In this document: positions 19,874-29,047 of the stretch, piece by piece
Numbering within the stretch: the stretch's first letter is position 1
Layout: every line of letters begins with the position of its first letter
Origin: a candidate division WOR-3 bacterium
Lineage (GTDB): Bacteria; Hydrothermota; Tepidihabitantia; Tepidihabitantales; Tepidihabitantaceae
Assembly: GCA_965649295.1 (NCBI GenBank)
Contig: CBFGKH010000007.1
Location: forward strand, 56,794-120,793
Length of the DNA: 64,000 bases
Direction of reading: 5' to 3'
Program-made: the position numbers and the translations under genes
Notes under the pieces: generated by a model
Told to the model about the DNA's origin: nothing
The model's database searches: none
The model's input: only the letters and a program-made list of their open reading frames with translations

Positions 19874-20653
19874 TTAGTTGCTCTCTAAATAGCGCAGAGC
19901 ATTAACGAAAATAGATACACCGTCGATCCTACTGGGGCGCAATCGGTGCCAGCGTGGGTGATGTTCGGGGCGAATAAACCGCTCTGGATGTGGCATTAGT
20001 CCGAAGATACGACCAGTAGGGTCACAAATGCCGGCGATTCCCAGTACTGAACCATTTGGATTGTCGGGATAGCGAGCCGGTTGGCCCTCAGCCGTGACGT
20101 AGCGCAAAACAATCTGGCGGTTAGTCTGCAATCTACGCAAAACTTCCGGGGTCTTGGTTACAAATTTCCCTTCAGCGTGGGCAACAGGCAACTCCAGCGG
20201 ACCCTCCAGGCCGAGGGTGAAAACACACGGTGATGGGTCAACGGCAACGTTAACCCATCGATCTTCGTAACGGCCGGAGTCATTAGCGTCGAGCGTCGCG
20301 GTCTGTGGTTCGAACAGACCATCGAAGGCGGGCAACATTCCTGCCTTTACCAGTACCTGAAAACCGTTACAGATGCCGAGTATCAACCGACCATCCTCGA
20401 CGAAGCGGGTGAGTTGTGGACGGAGTCGTTCCTTCAGTTCCGTCGCGAGAATTCTGCCTGACGCAACGTAGTCGCCATAAGAGAAACCACCTGGGATCAC
20501 CAGTAGCTTGTAGCCGTCGAGCGGTCTCCTACCATCGAGGAGCTGATTAATGTGGACGATGTCAACACGGGCGCCAGCAGTCTCAAGCGCCAGCCTGGTT
20601 TCGTGTTCGCAGTTCGTCCCGGCGGCAAAGAGAACGCAGGCTGTGACAGCCAT
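19874..20653 (-). CDS. purQ: Phosphoribosylformylglycinamidine synthase glutamine amidotransferase subunit
   Basis: GTNCEHE, PGGFSYGD, GICNGFQ, AHAEG, NPNGS, MPHPER. Confidence 0.96.
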   Translation of the reverse strand: MAVTACVLFAAGTNCEHETRLALETAGARVDIVHINQLLDGRRPLDGYKLLVIPGGFSYGDYVASGRILATELKERLRPQLTRFVEDGRLILGICNGFQVLVKAGMLPAFDGLFEPQTATLDANDSGRYEDRWVNVAVDPSPCVFTLGLEGPLELPVAHAEGKFVTKTPEVLRRLQTNRQIVLRYVTAEGQPARYPDNPNGSVLGIAGICDPTGRIFGLMPHPERFIRPEHHPRWHRLRPSRIDGVSIFVNALRYLESN

Positions 20654-20661
20654 CGGCAGTC

Positions 20662-20689
20662 AGCTTAGCCCGGTGTCTTGGGCTGTCAA
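20662..20689 (-). promoter_or_regulatory. purQ promoter (near-leaderless)
   Basis: TTGACA-16 bp-TAAGCT-8 nt-ATG. Confidence 0.7.
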
Positions 20690-20810
20690 GCAGATAACTC
20701 CTTCTTGGGCCCGAGATCCGCTAATGCCTGTGCGCCGGTTTCTTCTTTCGACCGAATAGCACTCTCCGGCGGGTTCACGGGCGTTGCGACGACCGAGGTG
20801 GAATGGCAAG

Positions 20811-22181
20811 TCAGCGGCTGAGTCGAGGCGACCAAGAAGGAGAGAAGGCCCCCCCGATGTTAGTAACGCGTCGTTGATTTGTTCCGTTCCAGTCCATTGT
20901 GTAGAGTTCGTTTGTCCCGCTCCGCTGTGATACATACGCGATATGCAAACCGTCCGGCGACCACGTCGGGTCCTCGTTGTTACTACCGCCGGTAAGGCGC
21001 ATGTAGGTGTCGCCCATGATGTTGGTAACACAGATCTGATTGCTGCCGCCGGGTTGGCGTTGAACAAAGGCAATGAGGTCGCCACGTGGCGACCAGGCAG
21101 GTGACGTGTTGTAGCTGCCTTCGAATGTGAGACGACGAAGACCGGTGCCGTCGGCGTTCATGACGTATATCTGAGGGGAGCCGGTTCGATCTGAGACGAA
21201 TGCAAGCTGACGGCCGTTAGGCGCCCAGCAGGGAGAGATATCGATACCTGGACTGTGGGTCAGACGCCGCAGATTGCGTCCGTCCGAATCAACAAGGTAG
21301 ATTTCTGGCTGGCCCTCGAAGCTTAGAGAAATGGCGATGGTGCGGCCATCAGGCGACCAGGCTGGGGTAGTGTTCAGACCGGGACGGTCAGATACCAATG
21401 TCACTTTCCGCGAACCTAGTTCAAGACAATAGGTGTTGAGCGTGGTTCTACCGTAAGCGCTATAGCAGATGCGATTGCCGTCTGGGGACCAGTCTGGATA
21501 GAGTTTCAACCCGCCGGAGGTTGTGAGCTGGACCATGTTGGCGCCGTCGTAGTCAACAACTGCCAGTTCTTTTGTCTCGCGATCGAACTGGCGGGAGAAG
21601 ACGATCCGCGTACGGCTGACGCCTTCTTCGCCGGTAAGGAGTTTGATAACCTCGTCGGCCATCGTATGGGCAACCCAACGATGGTTACCCTCGAGGCTGA
21701 ATTCCTTGGTGGCGATCAGCCGGCTCATTTCGAGGTCGTAGAGCCGAAGTGTAATGCCTGTGCCGCTGCGGCGCGGCACGATCTCGCCAGCAATGAGGAC
21801 TTGGGCGCCGGTACTGCTCCAGCCTTTCAAGTCGGGTTTACGTGGATCGGTCGAGAAGGTGAAACGCCGTCCGGATTCTGGTTCCTGAAATGTGAAGTGG
21901 AGCGAAAACTTCAGGTCGGCGGTGAAGACTTCCTGGACCTCGCGGCCAGTTGCCGCGACGGTTGCGCTGACATTCTTGGCGGCGTTGAAGTCAGCAATGA
22001 CTAGGTCGAGTTTTTTGCGGCCACCACTAGATGTTAGCTTGAGCCAGAGTTCTTCAGCAGGGATGCCGATGTCAGCCGGCGGAGCTGGGGTTAGAGTCGG
22101 TTGCTGGGCTGCAGCAATGGTGGTGACGGTCAGTAACAGTGGTAAGAAGAACAAACGAGAAAAACCGAGTCTCGGGGACAC
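20811..22181 (-). CDS. tolB: TolB-like periplasmic beta-propeller protein
   Basis: Signal peptide, TolB N-terminal domain (AHTMADEV...TGEEG..RTRIVF), repeated PxWSPDG; FVSDRTGSPQIY. Confidence 0.88.
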   Translation of the reverse strand: MSPRLGFSRLFFLPLLLTVTTIAAAQQPTLTPAPPADIGIPAEELWLKLTSSGGRKKLDLVIADFNAAKNVSATVAATGREVQEVFTADLKFSLHFTFQEPESGRRFTFSTDPRKPDLKGWSSTGAQVLIAGEIVPRRSGTGITLRLYDLEMSRLIATKEFSLEGNHRWVAHTMADEVIKLLTGEEGVSRTRIVFSRQFDRETKELAVVDYDGANMVQLTTSGGLKLYPDWSPDGNRICYSAYGRTTLNTYCLELGSRKVTLVSDRPGLNTTPAWSPDGRTIAISLSFEGQPEIYLVDSDGRNLRRLTHSPGIDISPCWAPNGRQLAFVSDRTGSPQIYVMNADGTGLRRLTFEGSYNTSPAWSPRGDLIAFVQRQPGGSNQICVTNIMGDTYMRLTGGSNNEDPTWSPDGLHIAYVSQRSGTNELYTMDWNGTNQRRVTNIGGAFSPSWSPRLSR

Positions 22182-22189
22182 GTGTGGTA

Positions 22190-22939
22190 TCAGCGAATAA
22201 CCGGGAGCCAGTCGTGGAGCAGGAAATAGAAACGGCCAATGAGTAGTGAAATGCGGGCCATCACGGTGTAGCCGAATGATGCCCCGAATGCTACCATGAT
22301 GAAGACAATGCCGATGCGCGAGGCAACACCGAGTGCGCCCTTATGTTCCTTCGAAAAATAGAAGTAGAACAGCGTCGTTATGACACCGACAAAGACCACA
22401 ATGTTGTTGACCGTTACCAGCGGGCGCAGAGTATCTGAGACCTGGGGCAACAGATAGCCCTGAATAGTTGCAACAAGCCCTAACCCTGAGCCAATGCCGA
22501 CTGTGAAGGCGATCGGCCACCGCGAAATCCAATCGATACGCGGATTGACCAATGTTGGTACAAACATCAGAATGCACATACCGGCCAGGACAAGCAGTAT
22601 CCAACTGAACTGGTGAAAGATGAGCATAAGGACTGAAAGGGCAGCAAGGGCGGGCAAGGTGAGGTTCGAGCGCGAGAGCATCAGCACACCGAGCGCTGCT
22701 GGTATCAGCAGGATCCAGGCTTCAACTGGATTGTGACTTGTAAGGTTGGTTTCGAAGCGTTCGACGAGCATCGGATAGACATCAAATGCCCAGGCATAGA
22801 TGATTGCAAAACCGGCTGATGTTCCAACATAGACATGCTCGGCCGCTTTGTAGAGGGGGTTGTCCTTATATAGAAAGGAGAGAATACCGATGGTCAGCGT
22901 GGCTGCGACCCAGGTGCCAATGAGACTGAGCAGCATCAT
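22190..22939 (-). CDS. Polytopic membrane protein, subunit 4 of uncharacterised operon
   Basis: GTWVAATLTIGILSFLYKDNPLYKAAEH...FGASFGYTVMARISLLIGR; ~8 hydrophobic segments; ATGA overlap with upstream gene. Confidence 0.85.
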   Translation of the reverse strand: MMLLSLIGTWVAATLTIGILSFLYKDNPLYKAAEHVYVGTSAGFAIIYAWAFDVYPMLVERFETNLTSHNPVEAWILLIPAALGVLMLSRSNLTLPALAALSVLMLIFHQFSWILLVLAGMCILMFVPTLVNPRIDWISRWPIAFTVGIGSGLGLVATIQGYLLPQVSDTLRPLVTVNNIVVFVGVITTLFYFYFSKEHKGALGVASRIGIVFIMVAFGASFGYTVMARISLLIGRFYFLLHDWLPVIR

Positions 22940-23757
22940 TTGTTCCTTCGGCGCGAGAGAATATAGCCGAGATTGCCGGCAATCAGGAGAATGATGATGA
23001 GACCATGGGCAGCAGATTGAGCCGGCATGCCGAGTGTGGCAGAGCCGGGTCGCTGAACTAGGGCCTCGTATTCGGAAGCTCCTTGGAGGCCGCCAATCAG
23101 GCCGCGTATCTGGCCGGAGCGCAGATACTGGTAGAGATTCGGTGCATTGACACCTGTGCAACCGACAATGATCGCCTGATTATAGCGGCCGCCAGCATAT
23201 TGAATCCAGGCGTCGGCAACCGCCCCGTGCGCAAGGGAGACTAGCAGGTTGATGTCACGGTAGGTGTGTACTGAGCGCATGAATTCGAAGGAATCGATCG
23301 GTACTCCACGGTAGTCCGTGTTGAAGTAGTCGCGAAGTTCACGGCCGATGCCGACCATCATTGCGGTGTAGCCTGGTCGATATCCTAGGTTGACGTAGTC
23401 CACACCGTAGGTCTTACCCAAATGCGGTGCAACTTGATTGAGCGCTATTTCGGCCAGAGGCAGACCAAGGGCAAGCTGGCCGGAGACGATAACCCGGATG
23501 CCTTTGCTAAAGGCATGAATCAGCAGGGCGACGAGCATTGGTTGGACCTCAGGAGCGGACGACGGGTCAAAGTCGATTGAAATCATCATGACCGAACCTG
23601 GAGCAAGACTGTCAACTGCCTGGAACGCGCTGCGCACCGGTTCAGAGATACGGACTGTGGTGCGTGGTTTGATTATTAGCGGCAGGGCCACGGCGATCGA
23701 GAGAAGCAGATACAGGATACGGCGATCAACTGCAGCCAAGCGTTGCCAGACGTTCAT
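22936..23757 (-). CDS. Membrane-anchored alpha/beta protein, subunit 3 of uncharacterised operon
   Basis: N-terminal TM after DRRILYLL, soluble domain (DFDPSSAPE, YGVDYVNLGY, GLIGGLQGASEYE), C-terminal TM. Confidence 0.85.
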   Translation of the reverse strand: MNVWQRLAAVDRRILYLLLSIAVALPLIIKPRTTVRISEPVRSAFQAVDSLAPGSVMMISIDFDPSSAPEVQPMLVALLIHAFSKGIRVIVSGQLALGLPLAEIALNQVAPHLGKTYGVDYVNLGYRPGYTAMMVGIGRELRDYFNTDYRGVPIDSFEFMRSVHTYRDINLLVSLAHGAVADAWIQYAGGRYNQAIIVGCTGVNAPNLYQYLRSGQIRGLIGGLQGASEYEALVQRPGSATLGMPAQSAAHGLIIILLIAGNLGYILSRRRNK

Positions 23758-23760
23758 GGT

Positions 23761-24465
23761 CTATGACAGGTAGGTTCTTTCAATGCCGAGGATGATGCGG
23801 AGTGACATTGCCATTCCGCCGAGCGCGAGCCCAATATTGATACCGCGAGCGGCGGCAGCCTGGGGAACGGCCATTAGCCAATCTTTGACAGCGGCCAAGC
23901 CCTCCAGGCGGCCGAATGCTGCAGGGTCGAGTCCTGGCCAGACCAGATGAACAAAGGAGCCTATTGCCCGCCAGACTGTTCCGCCGAGGGGTACATTGCC
24001 CATCATTACTAGACAGGCGGCACATAGCAACAGAGTAGCTGCGAAATTGCGTATGCGGAAGGCTCGATAGGCGGCTGAGACAATGAAAAAGGCTAGGCTC
24101 GCGAACATCGTCGATTGCAGTGGGATAATCATATAAGTGTAGAGCCACATGAATGGAGCGCGTAGGTCGAAGGGCGTGCGGAATCGAAACCAGGAGTAGA
24201 GGCCGAGTCCAACCGTGGCGACCAGTGATAGAATGAGTAGCAAGCTGTAGAACCAGTTTGGCGAACGACGCCACACTTGCAGCAGATGATGGCGCGTCAG
24301 CGAGTCAAGGCCGAGCAGTAGCGTGAACCCAGCAACGATTGTGTACCAGTTCAGGAACCGTGATTCGAGATCACCGAACGGTCGGTGAGGAATGAAAAAG
24401 GCGACTATCAAAATGAGTGCGGTCAGGAAGACAATCGCCAGCGGGATACTGCGTCGTAACATCAC
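23761..24465 (-). CDS. Polytopic membrane protein, subunit 2 of uncharacterised operon
   Basis: ~6 hydrophobic segments; PLQSTMFASLAFFIVSAAYRAFR, RGINIGLALG..SLRIILGIER. Confidence 0.85.
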   Translation of the reverse strand: MMLRRSIPLAIVFLTALILIVAFFIPHRPFGDLESRFLNWYTIVAGFTLLLGLDSLTRHHLLQVWRRSPNWFYSLLLILSLVATVGLGLYSWFRFRTPFDLRAPFMWLYTYMIIPLQSTMFASLAFFIVSAAYRAFRIRNFAATLLLCAACLVMMGNVPLGGTVWRAIGSFVHLVWPGLDPAAFGRLEGLAAVKDWLMAVPQAAAARGINIGLALGGMAMSLRIILGIERTYLS

Positions 24466-25604
24466 TAGTAAGCGGGTGTTGCCCAGGTAACCAGCCTTTC
24501 GAACGCCGTGGCCAGAAATGGCACGCGGTGCCCTAGTAGAGTGTCGATCGTCCCGATCAGAACGACCAGTCCGATGAACACAATCAGCCAGAGTCGAATG
24601 AAGTCTTCACCCTTGAGCGAACCTAGCATCACCGGTTCGGGGCGAAGATAGCATGACGCAGCATAGATTTCTTCACCGATCATCGTGTAATCACAGGCCG
24701 CCACGAAGAACGGTAGCTGGGTGGTCTCAGTGGTTCCAGCGAGCTGGATTGCGCCAACCGAATGGCCGGTTTCGGCCATTATCAGCGATTCGGCATAGAA
24801 GTAGCCGAGCCAAAAGATGGCTCCTGGCTTCTCGCGGAGAATGATTCCATCAACACCAGCAGCGTAACCGAACTGGTCAGAAGTAAGGAAGCTAATGTTA
24901 TCCGGATTGTAGAAGTCGGGACGACCGGTTTCGGTGTATGCTTCTTTGACAGTCTCTTGGGCAGCTGACATCACGATTGGATCAGAATTAGGTACAAGCA
25001 GTCGGGTTGAGTATTCTGCAGACTTCCGAGCGATTTTGCGCAGGAGGGGGAGAGCCGCCACGACGACAATGTCAGTGATATAGCCAAGGCCGAAAGAGAA
25101 GAGTATCGGTCTGCCCATTTCGGTTGCCCGGCCGAGCGCGTCGTCGATTGCATCGAGTCCGGCGATCTTGCGAACGTACATCTTGACACCACGGCGAGCG
25201 CGTTGAATGTAGAGGATGAAGATGGCGCTGATGACCACTGCCGCTACAAGGATGTTCACGCGGGCAGTGTTGAACCACTGGGCACTGCTTTGGACCGGTC
25301 CGAAGACTGCGCTGCGAGCAGTGTCAGTAGCGTAGCAGGCGTCCACAGCGTAGTAGTAGTCCGTGTGGTTCGCTACGTTGTTATCAGCGAACTCGGTGTT
25401 TGTTGCCGGTTCAGTTCCGACGACGACGAATCCCGTGTCAGGAGACTGCGAGCGGAGGACACGGTAGCCGAGTACTGGATTAGAATCTTCTGGTGGGGTC
25501 CAGCTGATGATTATCGAATTGCCCTGATCATTGGGGTTGTCGGTAGCGACAACATTGGCAGGCGGTAGTGCCGCTAGAATGGCGAGTAGCGAGAGAAGTG
25601 TCAT
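24465..25604 (-). CDS. FN3 domain plus DUF6754-like membrane protein, subunit 1 of uncharacterised operon
   Basis: Signal peptide, FN3-like (PPANV...ISWTPP...GYRVLRS...YYYAV), TM, RKIAGLDAIDDALGRATEMGRP domain, IGEEIYAASCYL, C-terminal TM. Confidence 0.8.
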   Translation of the reverse strand: MTLLSLLAILAALPPANVVATDNPNDQGNSIIISWTPPEDSNPVLGYRVLRSQSPDTGFVVVGTEPATNTEFADNNVANHTDYYYAVDACYATDTARSAVFGPVQSSAQWFNTARVNILVAAVVISAIFILYIQRARRGVKMYVRKIAGLDAIDDALGRATEMGRPILFSFGLGYITDIVVVAALPLLRKIARKSAEYSTRLLVPNSDPIVMSAAQETVKEAYTETGRPDFYNPDNISFLTSDQFGYAAGVDGIILREKPGAIFWLGYFYAESLIMAETGHSVGAIQLAGTTETTQLPFFVAACDYTMIGEEIYAASCYLRPEPVMLGSLKGEDFIRLWLIVFIGLVVLIGTIDTLLGHRVPFLATAFERLVTWATPAY

Positions 25605-25622
25605 CGATATGCGAGGCGGTAA

Positions 25623-25650
25623 AGAGTAGCAGCGAATGGCGAACTGTCAA
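25623..25650 (-). promoter_or_regulatory. Promoter of the four-gene membrane operon
   Basis: TTGACA-16 bp-TACTCT. Confidence 0.7.
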
Positions 25651-25706
25651 ACACCGCTCGCGGCTGGGTTGTTGACAGGTCGGCGGCATGGCCATATGTT
25701 ACCTTG

Positions 25707-26519
25707 ATGGCCGAACATGATTTTGCAACTCAATCGCGCAAACCGTTGGTGGTTGGATCAGCAGGTGCAGATCGCCTTGAAACAGAGCAACTGGTGTTTC
25801 GTCCTGACCCGGTGAGGACAGTAGTCATTGCCCGGTTACGACTTTTGCTGCTTGGCCTTGCCGTGCTGATGCTCGTCATTACCATGGTTATACTCGTCGG
25901 TTACCGACCCCGCTACTCGGTTCGAACGCTTGCGGTAGGCGGTGATTCGGCGCCAGCTCCTGCATTCGTTTCTGCACCACTTCAATCTTTCAAGTCTGAG
26001 CAAGTTGTCCCGATCAATGACCGGTTTGCCGCTGTCCGGGTTGCCTTATGTAGCATTGACTCGACGGCGGCATTGGTTGAAGACCGCTGGCTTCGTACTA
26101 GAACCATGTTGCCTGCCAGTGAGCAGGACAGCGTTGGCGTGCATTCAGTTCTACCCGTGGTCCGTCGCGCGGCGATTCTGATCGACAGCACCGTCGTTGA
26201 CGCTGTTCGACTGCGGCAGAATCTTGCGTTGATACGTACTGCGGTCGATCGGGCAGATGGCAACGACGCATACAATCTCAGTCTAGTGTATGCCGCAGCT
26301 GGCCGCTACGTTGAAGCGGTAATCGGCCGTGACGCCGAACGCCGGTTTCACGTGGCAGCCATCGAGCAAGCGTTCCATTCGCTGGCCGCAGGTGATGTCG
26401 GCGATTACGATGTCAAGCTCGACGTTGCCAATAGTTACCGCTATCGAGCCGACAATCGTCAACGAATGATTCAGCGATTGGCCCAGCAGCTCTCGGAAGC
26501 GGCCGGAAGGTTGCAGTGA
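25707..26519 (+). CDS. Hypothetical single-pass membrane protein
   Basis: One TM then helical domain; TTGACA-17-TATGTT-6 nt-ATG upstream. Confidence 0.65.
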   Translation: MAEHDFATQSRKPLVVGSAGADRLETEQLVFRPDPVRTVVIARLRLLLLGLAVLMLVITMVILVGYRPRYSVRTLAVGGDSAPAPAFVSAPLQSFKSEQVVPINDRFAAVRVALCSIDSTAALVEDRWLRTRTMLPASEQDSVGVHSVLPVVRRAAILIDSTVVDAVRLRQNLALIRTAVDRADGNDAYNLSLVYAAAGRYVEAVIGRDAERRFHVAAIEQAFHSLAAGDVGDYDVKLDVANSYRYRADNRQRMIQRLAQQLSEAAGRLQ

Positions 26520-27235
26520 GGGTCGGGCATCTGTTAGTTGGTGGCTTGGGGGTGCTGCTGCTTGTGATTGGCTGCGATTCAAGTGCCATGCGTCCAGGGG
26601 CTGTGCGGGGGAGCGTAATTTTGGGCTGCTGCGAATCGACTGATGTTCGGGGTAGTGTAGTTGAACTGCGGCGGACGGCGGATATTGTTGACCCGCCAGC
26701 CTACAGCGTACATGTGGGTTCTTCAGACCGTTTCTGGCGGGCGGACTTCATGATTATTGGAGTCGAGCCTGATTCCTACCACGTTCTGGTCTGGAAGGAC
26801 GATGATGGGGATGAGACTATCAGTGATGGTGATCACGTTGGGGTACACCTTGGAGTCTATGCCCGTAATCAGCTTGGTTCAAAGTTGCTGGTCACACGGG
26901 CAGAAACAGTTGATGTCGGTGGGATTGAATTGAGGCGGCTGTGGCAATTGGCCGTCAGAGCTTGGGGAGAGAGGCAAGATACGGGCCGAGGGGTCCGATT
27001 TGGGTATCAATTCAATCATGACTGCGATCTGCAACTGCTGACAATCGGTTTTCCGAGCGGGGAGACACTGCCGGACTTCGGCTCGGTCGGTCCCCGGCTT
27101 GCTGATTCGATCTATGTGACAGCGACCTGGCGAGCTGGTGGCCAGGTGATGCCACGTGGTTGGTACGGACTTGTATTTCGAGGCCGGTTCCGTCATCAGA
27201 GCTTCGTTCGCGCAGCTGCTGTGTTTGTCGAGTAG
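26516..27235 (+). CDS. Hypothetical lipoprotein
   Basis: Lipobox VIGC; Ca-binding-like DDDGDETISDGD loop; GTGA coupling to upstream gene. Confidence 0.7.
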   Translation: MRVGHLLVGGLGVLLLVIGCDSSAMRPGAVRGSVILGCCESTDVRGSVVELRRTADIVDPPAYSVHVGSSDRFWRADFMIIGVEPDSYHVLVWKDDDGDETISDGDHVGVHLGVYARNQLGSKLLVTRAETVDVGGIELRRLWQLAVRAWGERQDTGRGVRFGYQFNHDCDLQLLTIGFPSGETLPDFGSVGPRLADSIYVTATWRAGGQVMPRGWYGLVFRGRFRHQSFVRAAAVFVE

Positions 27236-27283
27236 GCCAAGTCTGCTTGACCGTGTCTTATCCGACTGTATTATCGTGATGTC

Positions 27284-28486
27284 GTGAAACTCATCGAACA
27301 ACTGGCGATTCAGACCGACTCAAAGATACTGCTGGTTGTATTGGATGGCCTTGGTGGTGTTCCACTTAGGGACAAAACCGAACTCGAGGCAGCCTGGAAC
27401 CCGAATCTGAATGCGCTTGCGGCGCGGTCTGGCCTTGGCCTGCTAACGCCAATCGAGCCAGGTATCACGCCGGGCTCCGGACCAGCCCACCTTGCTCTCT
27501 TCGGCTACGATCCAATTGAGTATCAGGTCGGTAGGGGTGTGCTTGAAGCTTTGGGGGTTGGTCTCGAACTTGGTCCCGGAGATATCTGTTGCCGGGCCAA
27601 TTTTGCTACGGTCGCAGCAAATGGCGTTATCAAAGATCGGCGGGCAGGCAGGATTGCCACAGATGAAAGTGCCGAGCTCTGTGAGCGGTTGCAGGCTGCT
27701 ATTCCGCGAATTGGTGATGTTGAAGTGATAGTCCGTCCAGGCCGGGAGCATCGTTTTGTGGTTGTTTTCCGAGGCGATGGTCTTGCTGATGGCCTCAGTG
27801 AGTCTGACCCATTGCACGAAGGTGTGCCTGCTCTGCTAGTCCGACCGCTAGCAGCGGATGCCGAAAAATCCGCACGTGTCGCTAATGAGTTCATAAGCAG
27901 GGCAGCGACAGTATTGAAAGGCGAGGAGCGAGCTAACTTCGTTCTGTTGCGTGGCTTGGCGCGGCTACCCAAAATGCCAACGATGACAGAGCGGTTTCGG
28001 CTCAACCCGGCGTGTTCGGCAGTTTACCCGATGTATCGTGGTCTAGCTCGTCTTGTCGGTATGCGCGTGCTCGACGCTGGCCAGACCTGGGATTCGACTG
28101 TTGTGGCTGTTCGTGAACACAGAGATGAACACGACTTTTTTTTCATGCACTTCAAGGAGTTCGACAAGGCTGGTGAGGATGGAAACTTTGAGCTCAAACA
28201 GGAGCTAATAGAACGTTTTGATGAAGAGATTGTCCCCCAACTGCTTGACCTGAAGTTTGATGTCCTCTGTATCACTGGCGATCATTCGACACCGGCAGTA
28301 CTGCGTGGTCATTCGTGGCATCCGGTCCCGCTGTTGCTTTCTTCACGTTACTGCCGTTCCCAGTTGCGTGTCGAGGAGTTTGGTGAGCAGGCCTGCGCGC
28401 GTGGTATTATTGGGCACATACCCTCAAAGACGCTGATGAACCTCCTGCTGGCCCACGCTGGCAAGCTGGCCAAGTTTGGAGCTTGA
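27284..28486 (+). CDS. apgM: 2,3-bisphosphoglycerate-independent phosphoglycerate mutase (ApgM/archaeal type)
   Basis: LDGLGG, PGSGPAHLALFGY, GRGVLEALG, DRRAGRI, TGDHSTP, HSWHPVP; promoter TTGACC-16-TATTAT at 27247-27274. Confidence 0.92.
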   Translation: MKLIEQLAIQTDSKILLVVLDGLGGVPLRDKTELEAAWNPNLNALAARSGLGLLTPIEPGITPGSGPAHLALFGYDPIEYQVGRGVLEALGVGLELGPGDICCRANFATVAANGVIKDRRAGRIATDESAELCERLQAAIPRIGDVEVIVRPGREHRFVVVFRGDGLADGLSESDPLHEGVPALLVRPLAADAEKSARVANEFISRAATVLKGEERANFVLLRGLARLPKMPTMTERFRLNPACSAVYPMYRGLARLVGMRVLDAGQTWDSTVVAVREHRDEHDFFFMHFKEFDKAGEDGNFELKQELIERFDEEIVPQLLDLKFDVLCITGDHSTPAVLRGHSWHPVPLLLSSRYCRSQLRVEEFGEQACARGIIGHIPSKTLMNLLLAHAGKLAKFGA

Positions 28487-29047
28487 TTGACTCGTCGTGC
28501 CATTGTTTCAGTCTGGGACAAAGCCGGTATTACTGGACTTGCTGCTACGCTAGCCGCTGCTGGCTACGAGATACTCTCGACATCGAAAACTGCCCAGGTG
28601 CTGCGTGAAGCGGGAATTCACGTTGTCGAGGTCTCTGAGTACACTGGCTCGCCAGAGATACTTGGTGGCAGGGTTAAGACACTACACCCACGTATCTGCG
28701 GTGGGATTCTAACAACGCGCAAGGACGAAACCGTGCCGCCGATAGATGTTGTCGTCTGCAATCTATATCCCTTCCGCGAAGCCTTTTCACGCAACGCTGG
28801 CTACGATGAGCTGATTGAGCTTATTGACATTGGCGGTGTCACCCTGCTGCGTGCGGCAGCCAAGAATCATGAGTTTGTGACAGTGGTCCCTGGGCCAGAA
28901 TACTATGCTGAGGTCGAGGCCGAAATCCGCAAGAACGGTGTCGTCGGATTAGAGTTGAGACGCAGGCTTGCGGCTGCGGCTTTCAGGATCACGAGTGACT
29001 ACGATGCAGCCATAGCCGACTGGCTTGCATGTCTGCTCGCGAAGTAG
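28487..29047 (+). CDS. Stand-alone IMP cyclohydrolase (N-terminal domain of PurH)
   Basis: RAIVSVWDK, GGRVKTLHP, VCNLYPF, IDIGGVTLLRAAAKN, YDAAIA; ends at 186 aa with no AICAR transformylase domain. Confidence 0.88.
   Translation: MTRRAIVSVWDKAGITGLAATLAAAGYEILSTSKTAQVLREAGIHVVEVSEYTGSPEILGGRVKTLHPRICGGILTTRKDETVPPIDVVVCNLYPFREAFSRNAGYDELIELIDIGGVTLLRAAAKNHEFVTVVPGPEYYAEVEAEIRKNGVVGLELRRRLAAAAFRITSDYDAAIADWLACLLAK

Noticed and set aside
20690..20810. Purine-related riboswitch (ZTP/PRPP/guanine) upstream of purQ
   Set aside because: No consensus motifs, and the purQ promoter lies downstream of the structure.
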